From positions 20,974 to 84,973 of the forward strand of contig JAQTOA010000014.1 of the NCBI GenBank assembly GCA_028713555.1: a DNA stretch of 64,000 bases. The letters are read 5' to 3'. The translations under genes and the position numbers were made by a program. Positions 1 through 9,937 of this stretch are shown here, piece after piece; within the stretch, counting starts at the first letter, position 1, and every line of letters begins with the position of its first letter. Origin of the DNA: Sterolibacterium sp. Its GTDB lineage: Bacteria > Pseudomonadota > Gammaproteobacteria > Burkholderiales > Rhodocyclaceae. The notes beneath the pieces were generated by a model, which made no database searches, was not told where the DNA came from, and saw only the letters and a program-made list of their open reading frames with translations.

Positions 1-1689
1 CGGGCCATCGAGGCCAGTGTTAATGCAATTGTCATTACTGGCGACAGCGCTTCCGGTAACCTGATCGAATACGTCAATCCGGCATTTACCCGGATCACAG
101 GTTACTCTGCTGAGGAGACGATCGGTCGCAATTGCCGATTCCTGCAGGGCAGCGACAACGGCCAGCTGGAGTTGGAGAATATCCGTGCAGGACTGAGAGA
201 GAACAAGAATGCCCGCGCCTTGCTGCGCAACTACCGCAAGGATGGCAGCCAGTTCTGGAACGACCTGCAAATTTCCCCGGTGAATGACGACGACGGCAAG
301 GTGTCGCATTTCGTCGGCATCCTGAACGACGTTACCGATTCGAAACGCTATCAGAACGAGCTTGAGCACCAGTCCAATCATGACATGCTCACTGACTTGC
401 CCAATCGCAACCTGATGAAGGATCGCATCGCCCAGGGCATCGCCTATGCTTCCCGCTACAAGCAGACGTTGATGGCGGTGGCCTTCGTCGGCCTGGACAA
501 CTTCAAGTTTGTCAACGACAGCATGGGCCACCAAGCCGGCGATCAGGTCCTGAAAATGGTCTCCAAGCGGCTCAATGCTTGCTTGCGCAGCAGCGATACG
601 GCGGCGCGACTGGGGGGAGATGAATTTGTCCTGATCCTGTTTGAAAGCCCCGATGAGGAAGAGAATTTCAATACTTCGATCAGTGCTCTGCTGCAAAGGG
701 TTTTGCGCGAAGTCGCGCTGCCTTACCAGATCGGCTCGCACGAATTCTTCATTACCTGCAGCATCGGCTATGCCTTGGTGCCAGTCGACGGGGATACTGC
801 GGAGGAACTCCTCAAAAACGCCGACATGGCGATGTTTAGCGCCAAGGAACGCGGACGCAACAATATCCAGCGCTATGCTTCCGCGCTCAATGAAAAAATC
901 GTGCTGCGGATGTCCCTGGAAAGCGATTTGCGCCGAGCAATCGACAATAACGAGCTATTTGTTTGCTACCAGCCGCAGATCGACCTGATTCACCGCCGCA
1001 TCGTCGGTATGGAAGCCCTGATCCGCTGGCAGCATCCGCAACGCGGCTTGATTTCGCCGACCCAATTTATTCCTTTGGCGGAAGAAACCGGCCTGATCAT
1101 TCCCATCGGCATCTGGGTGCTGCGTACCGCCTGTGCTCAGGCCAAGTCGTGGCAGGATGCCGGTTTGCCACAGATCAAATTGTCGGTCAACCTTTCGGCG
1201 CGCCAGTTCATGCAACGCGACCTGGCTGACTCGATCAGGCAGGCGTTGGAGGAAACAGGGTTCAGTGCCGAGCATCTTGAGCTTGAACTGACCGAAAGCC
1301 TGATCATGCACAACGCCGAGCTGTTCATTTCGACGTTGCGTGTTCTTAAGGATATAGGCATTGAACTGGCGATCGACGACTTCGGCACCGGCTACTCCAG
1401 CCTCAGTTATCTGAAGCGCTTTCCCATCGACCGACTGAAGATCGACCAATCATTCGTGCGCGATATCGTCGTTGACACGGACAGCGCCTCGATCTCCCAG
1501 GCCATCATTACGCTTGGACATAGTCTTGGTTTGAGAGTCATCGCCGAAGGCGTGGAAACGCTCGAACAGCTCGATTTCCTGCACGCCAATAGCTGTGACG
1601 AAATTCAGGGTTATTATTTCAGCAGGCCTTTACCGCCGCAGGAGTTCCAGAAGATTCATGTGGAAAACTCGGCTAGCACCAACGCTTAG
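1..1689 (+). CDS. PAS-GGDEF-EAL c-di-GMP signalling protein (5' end outside window)
   Basis: Frame 1 is open from base 1 ([14 protein letters not shown]...[25 protein letters not shown] is a PAS core). It has a GGDEF motif ([11 protein letters not shown]), an EAL motif (MEALIRW) and the [10 protein letters not shown] / EGVE signatures. The stop is at 1687-1689. Confidence 0.9.
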   Translation, partial: RAIEASVNAIVITGDSASGNLIEYVNPAFTRITGYSAEETIGRNCRFLQGSDNGQLELENIRAGLRENKNARALLRNYRKDGSQFWNDLQISPVNDDDGKVSHFVGILNDVTDSKRYQNELEHQSNHDMLTDLPNRNLMKDRIAQGIAYASRYKQTLMAVAFVGLDNFKFVNDSMGHQAGDQVLKMVSKRLNACLRSSDTAARLGGDEFVLILFESPDEEENFNTSISALLQRVLREVALPYQIGSHEFFITCSIGYALVPVDGDTAEELLKNADMAMFSAKERGRNNIQRYASALNEKIVLRMSLESDLRRAIDNNELFVCYQPQIDLIHRRIVGMEALIRWQHPQRGLISPTQFIPLAEETGLIIPIGIWVLRTACAQAKSWQDAGLPQIKLSVNLSARQFMQRDLADSIRQALEETGFSAEHLELELTESLIMHNAELFISTLRVLKDIGIELAIDDFGTGYSSLSYLKRFPIDRLKIDQSFVRDIVVDTDSASISQAIITLGHSLGLRVIAEGVETLEQLDFLHANSCDEIQGYYFSRPLPPQEFQKIHVENSASTNA

Positions 1690-1758
1690 ACCGCTCAGTG
1701 TCACCAGTCCGGCAACAGCAAATAGTAAGACGGGTTTCATTAAAATCTCCCGCGTGTC

Positions 1759-3345
1759 TTATGGCCTCTTCTCTGGCGTCAAAGCAGCTTCTTGCCCAAC
1801 TGGCGAGGTCGATGTGAGATAGGCGATGGCATCCGGAATCGTTTGGCGGTCGAAAGCTAAACGAGCATCGATTTGGACTGCGCCGTCAGGCTTTTGTATG
1901 ACATCTAGTTCATTGATGCCCAGCGTGCGGTGAAAGGCCGAAACCTTCTTCCTCGTGCCGAGATCCGTAATGAAGATATCCTTGCTCCCGTTTTCCATGG
2001 TGATGGCAATCGGCCCCCGGGGTGTCTTCAGCCAATGAACGCGCCAGTAGTAGTGCCAGGTGTTTCGCTCCCCCATCTTGTCGTAGAGCGACTCGAACGA
2101 TTGGGCGCGGTAGCATTCGTTGACGAGAGAGTTGGGCTTTCGTCGGTAACAATCCGAGAGCACCGTCACATTCCGACCCTCCGCTTCGATGTTGAGTGGG
2201 AATGTTGCACCGGTGTCAATGTTGTAGAGCGCATAGTCCTCTTTCTTGTTCATGCCGAGTCCCGCACCCAACGCTTTGACGGAACTGAACAGTTGGCTCA
2301 GCTCGTTGCTACCCCCATTGGCGTTCTCCTTTTCGAGAAGAAGGTAGCCTGTCGCGCCTACATTTCCCCGCTGGATCGGTGTCAGCACATAGCCGTCCGG
2401 GATGGCTATGTTGCGCACTCCTTGTCCTGGCTCGTAGCGAAATGCCGCACCCGGGCGCGCAACCAACAATCCGCACGGCATCATAGACAGCGCTGGGCCG
2501 GCAAGTCGCTGGCCGGTCACCGTTTGAACGTTCCATCCGGTCTGGCCCTTGATGGCAGTAGCGATAACGATAGCGGGCATGCCGCTGCCAGCGCGCATGA
2601 CCTTGATTACGGTATTGGTCGGTGTCTCAACCGCATACGTGATGTCGCCAGTGGAAACGTCGTAGCCGTACATGGTGATACGACCTTCCGCATCGACCAC
2701 CGGTTGCCCATTAACGACAAATCCCTCACGCCGCTGCTTAAGTGATAGGTCACCCGCTTTTGGCGGCAGGCGTGCCAGTTGTGCTGCCAGTTGATCCTCA
2801 CTGATTGGCGTGTTGTTCGCGATAGGAATCGAAGACGCAATCGGGAGTGGCGCTTGCATATTGGTCGCCTGCATTGGCATACGCTGACTGGACAGATTCT
2901 GTACCGCTGCCATTCCGCCGGTGAAACGAGCCATTTGCTCCCTCATGGATTGCACAGCTAGTGCTCCTTGCTCGTCCGTGAAGGGTAGCCCTTGCTTGCC
3001 ATATACCTCCCGGTACCTGGCAACAAGCGCGATTTCCTGTGAGGTCCATTCGGAAGACGGAATTCCTTTGTGGCTTGCTTTCTGGCGATCACGCAACTGT
3101 TTTACCGCTGTCTGCGCTTGTTCGTCGGAGAGAGGCATTCCCTGCTTCTCGTACAGCGCCCGCATCTCGTCGACGAATTGGCGTTCTTGCAATGACCAAT
3201 CGATTGGTCCAATTCCTTGGGCGATAGCGATGCTTGATGCCATCAATCCGATCGCTAGCCAATAATTTCCTGCACGTAACCTTAATGGGCGGGCCGAGCC
3301 GCGATCAGCTTCAAAGAAAATCACTTTGAGTGCCCTCGTTCGCAA
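1759..3345 (-). CDS. hypothetical exported or membrane-anchored protein with two N-terminal repeats of about 38 aa
   Basis: 528-aa ORF with coding-like composition. A hydrophobic segment NYWLAIGLMASSIAIAQG lies near the N-terminus. The internal repeat is WSLQERQFVDEMRALYEKQGMPLSDEQAQTAVKQLRD / WTSQEIALVARYREVYGKQGLPFTDEQGALAVQSMRE. I recognise no family. The start codon (TTG at 3345) is uncertain. Confidence 0.6.
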   Translation of the reverse strand: MRTRALKVIFFEADRGSARPLRLRAGNYWLAIGLMASSIAIAQGIGPIDWSLQERQFVDEMRALYEKQGMPLSDEQAQTAVKQLRDRQKASHKGIPSSEWTSQEIALVARYREVYGKQGLPFTDEQGALAVQSMREQMARFTGGMAAVQNLSSQRMPMQATNMQAPLPIASSIPIANNTPISEDQLAAQLARLPPKAGDLSLKQRREGFVVNGQPVVDAEGRITMYGYDVSTGDITYAVETPTNTVIKVMRAGSGMPAIVIATAIKGQTGWNVQTVTGQRLAGPALSMMPCGLLVARPGAAFRYEPGQGVRNIAIPDGYVLTPIQRGNVGATGYLLLEKENANGGSNELSQLFSSVKALGAGLGMNKKEDYALYNIDTGATFPLNIEAEGRNVTVLSDCYRRKPNSLVNECYRAQSFESLYDKMGERNTWHYYWRVHWLKTPRGPIAITMENGSKDIFITDLGTRKKVSAFHRTLGINELDVIQKPDGAVQIDARLAFDRQTIPDAIAYLTSTSPVGQEAALTPEKRP

Positions 3346-3462
3346 ATGTAAGAAGTGTCAAGCCACCGGATCATGACAAAGGCGTATCCGATGCCATCCA
3401 GAGCAAATATTAACATTTATAGTGTGTGGTATTGGGTAGCCCGAACGGCAATTCTTCTGCCC

Positions 3463-3688
3463 ATGCGGCAGAAAAACAAACCATCGAAAATACGCCTTAA
3501 GCTGGACACCACCATTCGCCGACTACGGCGAAAGCGAAAATGGTCTCAGGAGAAACTCGCCGAAATGTACGGGTCCACACCCCAACTACATCGGCGGTAT
3601 TGAGCGCGGAGAACGAAACGTAGCTGTCGACAACATCGAGAAGATTTCTCTTGCCTTCGGCTTGAAGCCGAAGGATATGTTCGACTGA
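3463..3688 (+). pseudogene. XRE-family HTH regulator, frameshifted
   Basis: Frame 1 gives MRQKNKPSKIRLKLDTTIRRLRRKRKWSQEKLAEMYGS and then runs to a stop at 3603. Frame 2 continues with HPNYIGGIERGERNVAVDNIEKISLAFGLKPKDMFD* (stop 3686-3688). Together they form a typical Cro/C1 HTH protein of about 75 aa. One extra nucleotide near 3574-3580 would explain the shift. Confidence 0.65.
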
Positions 3689-3767
3689 AGAGGTTTCAGC
3701 GTGGGCGCCTGCCAACTGTCATCTGCTGGCCCCATGATCGTGTTGGCGGGCTGTCATGCCCTGCGGC

Positions 3768-3804
3768 ATAAGAAAATGCCGAACCCTTTTCGGGGTTCGG
3801 CATT
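3768..3804 (-). terminator. rho-independent terminator downstream of pntB
   Basis: A perfect 12-bp stem (aatgccgaaccc / gggttcggcatt, 3775-3786 and 3793-3804) with a 6-nt loop. On the minus strand it is followed by TTTCTTAT. It lies 57 nt after the pntB stop. Confidence 0.7.
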
Positions 3805-3860
3805 CTTCAACACTTTAACTTAACGGCTAAAAAGCGGGCGTTGACGTTTATAGCGAAAGC

Positions 3861-5279
3861 TTAGCTCTTTAGCGCGACCAGCACTTCGTCCAGCATCTTC
3901 TTGGCGTCGCCAAACAACATGCGATTGTTTTCCTTGTAGAACAGCGGATTATCGACGCCTGCATAGCCGGAAGCCATGCTGCGCTTCATCACGATCGAGG
4001 TCTTGGCCTTCCAGACTTCCAGCACCGGCATGCCGGCGATCGGGCTGCTCGGATCGTCCTGCGCACCCGGATTGACGATGTCATTGGCGCCGATCACCAT
4101 GGCGACATCGGTAGTCGGGAAGTCCTCGTTGAGCTCGTCCATTTCCATCACGATGTCGTAAGGCACCTTGGCTTCCGCCAGCAGCACGTTCATGTGGCCG
4201 GGCATGCGACCGGCTACCGGGTGGATGCCGAAGCGCACGTTGACGCCTTTCTCGCGCAGGTGCTTGGTGATCTCGTAGACCGTGTGCTGGGCCTGTGCCA
4301 CGGCCATGCCATAGCCTGGCACGATGATGACATTCTTGGCTTCGCGCAGCAGTTCGCCGGTCTCGGTTGCGCTGATCGGCGTGACTTCGCCCACCGGTTC
4401 CGTGCCGTCGGTCTTGGCCGCGGGCATCGCGCCCTCGGAACCGAAGCCGCCAGCGATCACGCTGACGAAACCCCTGTTCATCGCTTTGCACATGATGTAG
4501 GAGAGGATGGCGCCGCTCGAACCAACCAGCGCGCCAGTGACGATCAGGAGATCGTTGTTGAGCATGAAGCCGGTTGCCGCCGCCGCCCACCCGGAATAGC
4601 TGTTGAGCATCGACACCACCACCGGCATGTCGGCACCGCCGATCGCCATCACCATGTGGATGCCGAACAGCAGGGCAATCACGGTCATGACGATGAGCGG
4701 CGTCATGCCATCCGCGACCGTCTGCGTATTGATGAACACGCCGCCGAAATAAATCACCACCAGCAGGCCGGTCAGGTTCATCCAGTGGCGCCCCGGCAGG
4801 GTCAGCGGTTTGCCGCCGATTTTGCCGGAGAGCTTGCCGAAGGCGATTACCGAACCGGAGAAAGTCACCGCGCCGATCAGGATGCCGACGTAGATCTCGA
4901 TTTCATGAATGACTTTTTCGGCATGGCTGAGGTTGGCTGACGCGGCTGGATCGATGTAATTGGCGAAGCCCACCAGGCAGGCCGCAAGACCGACCAAGCT
5001 GTGCATCAGCGCGACCAGTTCGGGCATTTGGGTCATCTGCACGGTGCGCGCGGCATACATGCCGATCGCAGCGCCGACCGCCATCGCACCGACGATCCAG
5101 CCGATGCCGGACAGCGTCACATGAGGGCCGAAGACCGTCGCCAGCACGGCGATGGCCATGCCGATCATGCCGTAGAGGTTGCCGCGCCGCGAGCTTTCCG
5201 GATGGGAAAGGCCGCCAAGGCTGAGGATGAAGAGTATGGTTGCTCCGATATAGGAGATAGTTGCCAGAGTTGCGGACAT
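3861..5279 (-). CDS. pntB: NAD(P) transhydrogenase subunit beta
   Basis: 472 aa. The N-terminal half is polytopic. The C-terminal dIII NADP(H) domain shows [16 protein letters not shown] and the ANDIVNP motif. It lies 12 nt downstream of pntA. Confidence 0.95.
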   Translation of the reverse strand: MSATLATISYIGATILFILSLGGLSHPESSRRGNLYGMIGMAIAVLATVFGPHVTLSGIGWIVGAMAVGAAIGMYAARTVQMTQMPELVALMHSLVGLAACLVGFANYIDPAASANLSHAEKVIHEIEIYVGILIGAVTFSGSVIAFGKLSGKIGGKPLTLPGRHWMNLTGLLVVIYFGGVFINTQTVADGMTPLIVMTVIALLFGIHMVMAIGGADMPVVVSMLNSYSGWAAAATGFMLNNDLLIVTGALVGSSGAILSYIMCKAMNRGFVSVIAGGFGSEGAMPAAKTDGTEPVGEVTPISATETGELLREAKNVIIVPGYGMAVAQAQHTVYEITKHLREKGVNVRFGIHPVAGRMPGHMNVLLAEAKVPYDIVMEMDELNEDFPTTDVAMVIGANDIVNPGAQDDPSSPIAGMPVLEVWKAKTSIVMKRSMASGYAGVDNPLFYKENNRMLFGDAKKMLDEVLVALKS

Positions 5280-5291
5280 TATTCGTCTCCC

Positions 5292-6875
5292 TTATTTGCG
5301 GAACATCGCCAGCATGCGCTGGGTTACGGCGAATCCGCCGAACATGTTGATCGAGGTCAGCACGATGCCGACCACCGCCAGCCCGCGTATCCAGTCGTCC
5401 AGGCGTACTTCGCCGGGCGGGGCGATCTGCACCAGGGCGCCGATGGCGATGATGCTGCTGATCGCATTGGTGACGCTCATCAGCGGCGTGTGCAAGGCCG
5501 GGGTGACGTTCCAGACCACCATGTAGCCGACGAAACAGGCCAATATGAAAACGGTGAAATGCGACAGGAAAGCCGCCGGCGCATTGGCGCCGATGAACCA
5601 GAAGGCCAGTGCGGCAATCCCGAACATAACTGTTGTGCGCGTGGCGGAAGCCGGAGCGCTGGCCTGTCCATGCCCGTGGCCCTTGCCCTTGGCGGCTGCG
5701 GGTGCTGCCGCCGGCTTGGCGGCGGCCGGCGCGGCCGGCAACTTGGGCGCCGGAGGCGGCCAGGTGACCTCGCCGTTCTTGATGATGGTCAGGCCGCGGA
5801 TGGCGTCGTCTTCCATATTGACGTTGATGATGCCGTCCTTGGTTTTGCAGAGTTCCTCGGACAAACGGAACAGGTTGGAGGCATACAGTGTGCTCGACTG
5901 CTTGGCCAGGCGGCTGACCAGATCGGTGTAGCCGACGATGGTCACGCCGTGCTTGACCACCACCTGGCCGGGCTCGGTCAGCTCGCAGTTGCCGCCCTGC
6001 TCGGCGGCCATGTCGACGATCACGCTGCCCGGCTTCATGCTCTTCACCATCTCGGCGGTGATCAGCCTGGGCGCGGGCTTGCCGGGGATCAGCGCGGTGG
6101 TGATGATGATGTCCACCTCCCTGGCCTGCTTGGCGTACATCTCGCGCTGGGCCTGCTGGAAGCCCTCGCTCATCACCTTGGCGTAGCCGCCGCCGCCGGA
6201 ACCTTCTTCCTCGTAATCGACCTTGACGAATTCGCCGCCCAGCGACACGACCTGGTCGGCCACTTCGGCGCGGGTGTCGTTGGCGCGCACGATGGCGCCC
6301 AGGCCGGCGGCGGTGCCGATCGCCGCCAGGCCGGCCACGCCGGCGCCGGCGATGAAGATCTTGGCCGGCGGCACCTTGCCCGCAGCGGTGATCTGACCGT
6401 TGAAGAAGCGGCCGAAGGCGTTGGCGGCCTCGATGACGGCGCGGTAGCCGGCGACGCCGGCCTGGGAGGTCAGCGCGTCCATCTTCTGGGCGCGGCTCAG
6501 CATGCGCGGCAGCGAGTCGATGGCCAGCACGGTCACCTTCTTGGCGGCGAGTTGCTTCATCAAATCCGGGTTTTGCGCGGGCCAGATGAAGCTGACCAGT
6601 GTCTGGCCTTCGTGCATCAGGCCGACTTCGTCGGTGGTCGGTCCGCGCACCTTGAAGACGATGTCGGAATCAGCCCACAGCTTGGCTGTGCCCTGGATGA
6701 TCTCGGCGCCCGCGGCACGATAGACCTCATCGCTGAAATTCGCCAGATCGCCGGCGCCGGATTCCACGGCGACCGTGAAACCCAATTTGATGAGTTTCTC
6801 GACCACCTCCGGAACGGTAGCAACGCGCTTTTCGCCCGAAAAAATCTCTCGTGGCACTCCTATCTTCAGAGGCAT
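5292..6875 (-). CDS. pntA: NAD(P) transhydrogenase subunit alpha (dI plus membrane dII part)
   Basis: Begins [23 protein letters not shown], preceded by GGGAG. It has the alanine-dehydrogenase-like dI with [13 protein letters not shown], an Ala/Pro-rich linker and C-terminal TM helices. The longer ORF reaching 6980 has no homology-like N-terminus. Confidence 0.93.
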   Translation of the reverse strand: MPLKIGVPREIFSGEKRVATVPEVVEKLIKLGFTVAVESGAGDLANFSDEVYRAAGAEIIQGTAKLWADSDIVFKVRGPTTDEVGLMHEGQTLVSFIWPAQNPDLMKQLAAKKVTVLAIDSLPRMLSRAQKMDALTSQAGVAGYRAVIEAANAFGRFFNGQITAAGKVPPAKIFIAGAGVAGLAAIGTAAGLGAIVRANDTRAEVADQVVSLGGEFVKVDYEEEGSGGGGYAKVMSEGFQQAQREMYAKQAREVDIIITTALIPGKPAPRLITAEMVKSMKPGSVIVDMAAEQGGNCELTEPGQVVVKHGVTIVGYTDLVSRLAKQSSTLYASNLFRLSEELCKTKDGIINVNMEDDAIRGLTIIKNGEVTWPPPAPKLPAAPAAAKPAAAPAAAKGKGHGHGQASAPASATRTTVMFGIAALAFWFIGANAPAAFLSHFTVFILACFVGYMVVWNVTPALHTPLMSVTNAISSIIAIGALVQIAPPGEVRLDDWIRGLAVVGIVLTSINMFGGFAVTQRMLAMFRK

Positions 6876-7025
6876 GCTTATTGACTCCCTATTGATGAAC
6901 AAGCCAGACAACGCGTATTCCGCACGGCTTACACGGCGGGGTGGGTATGATACTTCAATGCCCCTTGCCCCGCTTGACATGGATCAAGGTTGCCGAGGCG
7001 GGCGCCAAGAGGGAGATAAGCAGGC

Positions 7026-7265
7026 TTAGTGCGACTCCTGGCGCTCCGAGTAAACGCGCTTGGCAGCCTCGATGAACACGTAGATCTCATCGCTGGATAC
7101 TTGCGGAAAATGCTCGCGCATGACGCGAAACGCCAAGTGTTCGAGGGTCTTGCCGCCCCACTGGTTGCCCGGATCGAAAAACGGTTCGATCAGCATATAG
7201 GCTTTGTCGAAAACTTCACGCAACAGCAACTGTTGCCGTCTGTCATCGGAATCTTGAGTAGTCAT
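7026..7265 (-). CDS. hypothetical small protein (79 aa)
   Basis: Clean 79-aa ORF with a balanced, non-repetitive composition. It sits between pntA and the truncated acyl-CoA synthetase. No family recognised. Confidence 0.45.
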   Translation of the reverse strand: MTTQDSDDRRQQLLLREVFDKAYMLIEPFFDPGNQWGGKTLEHLAFRVMREHFPQVSSDEIYVFIEAAKRVYSERQESH

Positions 7266-7301
7266 GGAAGTAAACCCCGTCAGGATTTGATTTGCTCGGC
7301 T

Positions 7302-8699
7302 TCACGCCAGCGCGGCATGCGACGCCGCACCTAGCCCGTGGTGGTCATCGGCACGGCCTTGATTCCAGAGGTAGCCGTCTTCATCACATTTCGCCATGCT
7401 GCCGGTGCGGCACCAGGCTTCGCTGCCAGCGCCGAAAAACTTGCTGCGCGTTGCTTCCGAGTTCTTCCAGTATTCGAGCAGAAACGCCGGATCCGCTTCC
7501 CCGTTGCAGCTGCGTTGCACGCAGATTTCGCCTACCTCGCCAACGGGCAAGTGCTGTCCGTACTGATCCAGCACGGCAACATGGTGCCCAGGATAGGGCC
7601 GTCCCAGCGCGCCCGGCTTGGGCGGGTAGATCGCTGCACATCCGCCGACAAGGTAATTGATCTCGGTTTGACCGAAGACCTCGTTGATGGTGACGCCGAG
7701 TTCCTCCTTCGCCCAGTTCATCAGAGTGTCGCCCGCGGCTTCGCCGCTGCTCGCGAGCGAGCGCAGATTCGGGTCTAAGCCGTATTTCTCGCGCGGCTTT
7801 GGCACAGCCGTCATCATCATCTTCAGCGCGATAGTGGAAAGGAAAGTGTTGCGGATAGCATATTTCTTTATCAGCCAATAGGCCTTCTCCGGATCAAAGC
7901 GGCCGCGATAGGCGAGAATCGGCTGGCCGAAGCCCCAAGCCGGCAGCAGTGCATCGAACAGGCCATCGGTACAGCCCCAGTCGGCGGGAGACCAAAACAT
8001 ATCGCCAGGTTGGGGAAAAAAATCGTGCGAACAGACAAAGCCGGGCAGACTGCCGAGCAGCGTGCGTTGTGCCATCAGCACGCCCTTGGGGTTGCCGATA
8101 GTGCCGCTGGTATAGATTATCAGCGCCGGATCGGCGGCGGCGGTGGTCAGCGGCGTATACCGTGGCGAGGCGTATTCGAGCAATCTGCTCCAGTCATGCA
8201 CGCCGGTTTCCAGCGCGGCTGACCCTCCGACGCCGATAATGTATTTCAGATGCGGCAAGCGTTCACGCACTGCCCACAAATTCGGCAAGGAAGCTTCGTC
8301 GACCATGGCAATGCGCACTTCGGAATGGCTGAGCCGGTATTCGAGTGCATCCTGGTCGAGCAAAGGCGATAGCGGCACGGCAATGGCGCCCATCTGGTTA
8401 CAGGCAATATGCGCAATGGCTGTTTCCGGTCGTTGCGGCAGGATGATCGCGATACGTTCGCCGCGCAGCGTGCCGAGCGCGCCCAAAGCGTTCGACAAGC
8501 GGTTTGCCGCGCGCTGGATATCCCAGAAGGTCCATGCCTGGGTAAAACCGTACTTATCCTCGTAATACAGCGCAAAGCGGGATCGGTCGGCGGCCCAGCG
8601 GCCGCAGCAGGCCTGGGCGATATTGAACAGCGCCGGCACCTGCCAGCGAAAGCTGGCATGGAGTTGCTGGTAATTCCCGGCCTTGCTGTCGAGTTCCAT
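7302..8699 (-). CDS. AMP-dependent synthetase/ligase (acyl-CoA synthetase family), C-terminal subdomain missing
   Basis: Has the AMP-binding motif IYTSGTIGNPKGV. Near the end it reads WCRTGSMAKCDEDGYLWNQGRADD, then unrelated residues and a stop. Roughly the last 100 aa of a normal family member are absent. The ATG at 8699 has AGGAAGGA upstream; the ORF track start at 8720 is TTG. Confidence 0.75.
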   Translation of the reverse strand: MELDSKAGNYQQLHASFRWQVPALFNIAQACCGRWAADRSRFALYYEDKYGFTQAWTFWDIQRAANRLSNALGALGTLRGERIAIILPQRPETAIAHIACNQMGAIAVPLSPLLDQDALEYRLSHSEVRIAMVDEASLPNLWAVRERLPHLKYIIGVGGSAALETGVHDWSRLLEYASPRYTPLTTAAADPALIIYTSGTIGNPKGVLMAQRTLLGSLPGFVCSHDFFPQPGDMFWSPADWGCTDGLFDALLPAWGFGQPILAYRGRFDPEKAYWLIKKYAIRNTFLSTIALKMMMTAVPKPREKYGLDPNLRSLASSGEAAGDTLMNWAKEELGVTINEVFGQTEINYLVGGCAAIYPPKPGALGRPYPGHHVAVLDQYGQHLPVGEVGEICVQRSCNGEADPAFLLEYWKNSEATRSKFFGAGSEAWCRTGSMAKCDEDGYLWNQGRADDHHGLGAASHAALA

Positions 8700-8716
8700 T
8701 ATTCCTTCCTGAAGGA

Positions 8717-9556
8717 TCAACTAGAGTGAAAACGTTCGGCGATTAATTCGAAATAGTCTTGATCGTTCTCGAAAGACAAACCGAGTTCCGCCATCACCGG
8801 TTCCGACAACCATGCCCAGGAAGGATCCTTGGTGCGCAACAGCTGATGGTAGAAATGGATTGCCAGCTGCAGGATGGCGAGCAATGTCGTTACCGCACCC
8901 ACCTCATCCGGCGGCAGTTCATGATGATAGCGTATGGCGCCGCAAACGAAGCCGGGAAGTTTCCAGTGTCGCGCCACCAAATAGCCAACCACGCTATGGT
9001 CAACATTGAAGCGCGCATCTTCCTCAGCCAGTTCCGGACCACAGCAAGTGCTTCGGAGATTCATGGTCTCGCAGTAATCCGGGAATCGTTGCATCAGCAA
9101 AGGCACGCCACACTCATGAAAGATTCCGGCCAAGTAAGCCTGATCCGGAAAAATATTGCACACCGAGACGCGATCTGCGGCAATTAACGCGGCAAGTTGC
9201 GCGACCTCCTGCGAGCGCGTCCAGAACACTTCGAATGCTTTGCGGGTGTTGTCCGAAATGCTTGAAGTCAAGGCCATCGCCCGCACCAGATTGAAAGTCT
9301 CTTGGATGCCGATCACCATCAACACCTTATCGAGCGACTTGAAATGCCTGCCGCTGCCGAACACTGGTGAGCACGCCGCTTTGAACAGCATCGAAGTAAT
9401 GCCCGGATCCTTGGCTATCACCCGGGCCAGAACGCGGGCGTCATAATCACCGCTCATCAGCAGTTGATTGAGTTCGACCAGCACGCTGGGCTGGGGCGGA
9501 ATCTTGATGCCGCGCGAGACCAGTTCTTCAAGGGCCTTTTTTTCGTCGATCTGCAT
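8717..9556 (-). CDS. HDOD domain signalling protein
   Basis: 279 aa. It matches the HDOD pattern: PPQPSVLVELNQLL...RVIAKDPGITSMLFKAACSP, and later FHECGVPLL and DHSVVGYLVARHW. Confidence 0.8.
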   Translation of the reverse strand: MQIDEKKALEELVSRGIKIPPQPSVLVELNQLLMSGDYDARVLARVIAKDPGITSMLFKAACSPVFGSGRHFKSLDKVLMVIGIQETFNLVRAMALTSSISDNTRKAFEVFWTRSQEVAQLAALIAADRVSVCNIFPDQAYLAGIFHECGVPLLMQRFPDYCETMNLRSTCCGPELAEEDARFNVDHSVVGYLVARHWKLPGFVCGAIRYHHELPPDEVGAVTTLLAILQLAIHFYHQLLRTKDPSWAWLSEPVMAELGLSFENDQDYFELIAERFHSS

Positions 9557-9675
9557 GGGGTTTCCTGGGGGGAATTGTCAGGCGACGGGGCGTTCGTCGA
9601 TGGGTTCGATCCGGTGGCGCACCTGCAAGCGGATACCGCATTGTAAATGTGCCGGGTTGTGTCGCTGCTGCTGGA

Positions 9676-9846
9676 TCATGTTGGTTCTGGCTCCTGGCGC
9701 GCAATCAGGATTGCGCGGAAATCGTTGACATTGGTGCGGGTCGGCCCGGTTATGACGAGATCATTGAGTGTGACGAAGAATCCGTATGCGTCATTGTCGG
9801 CCAGCCTGGCGCGCGCGTCCACACCCGCTTCCTGAGCGCGCAGCAG
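9676..9846 (-). pseudogene. C-terminal remnant of a MOFRL-family glycerate 2-kinase / hydroxypyruvate reductase
   Basis: The minus-strand frame reads [56 protein letters not shown]. This is the characteristic NDxYxFF...GDLIxTGPTGTNVNDxxxxL end of MOFRL proteins. A TGA lies immediately upstream at 9847-9849 and there is no start codon or N-terminal part. Confidence 0.6.
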
Positions 9847-9937
9847 TCACTGCCAAGGATAGGCCACGTCGAATTAGGCGCATACCCATTAACATATTGC
9901 TAATATACAGCCCATACTCTCCCAATACTCGCCTTGA

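Noticed and set aside
5001-6884. Very long ORFs antisense to, or out of frame with, strong genes. Examples are 5001-6884 (627 aa, antisense to pntA), 11243-12640 (465 aa), 20667-21938 (423 aa), 28576-30000 (474 aa), 39049-40341 (430 aa), 44876-46345 (489 aa), 59456-61669 (737 aa) and 62423-63685 (420 aa).
   Set aside because: All overlap genes with unmistakable family motifs on the other strand or frame. Their translations are Arg/Gly/His/Ala/Pro-rich and low in complexity, with no recognisable motifs. This is the usual stop-codon-poor behaviour of alternative frames in high-G+C DNA.
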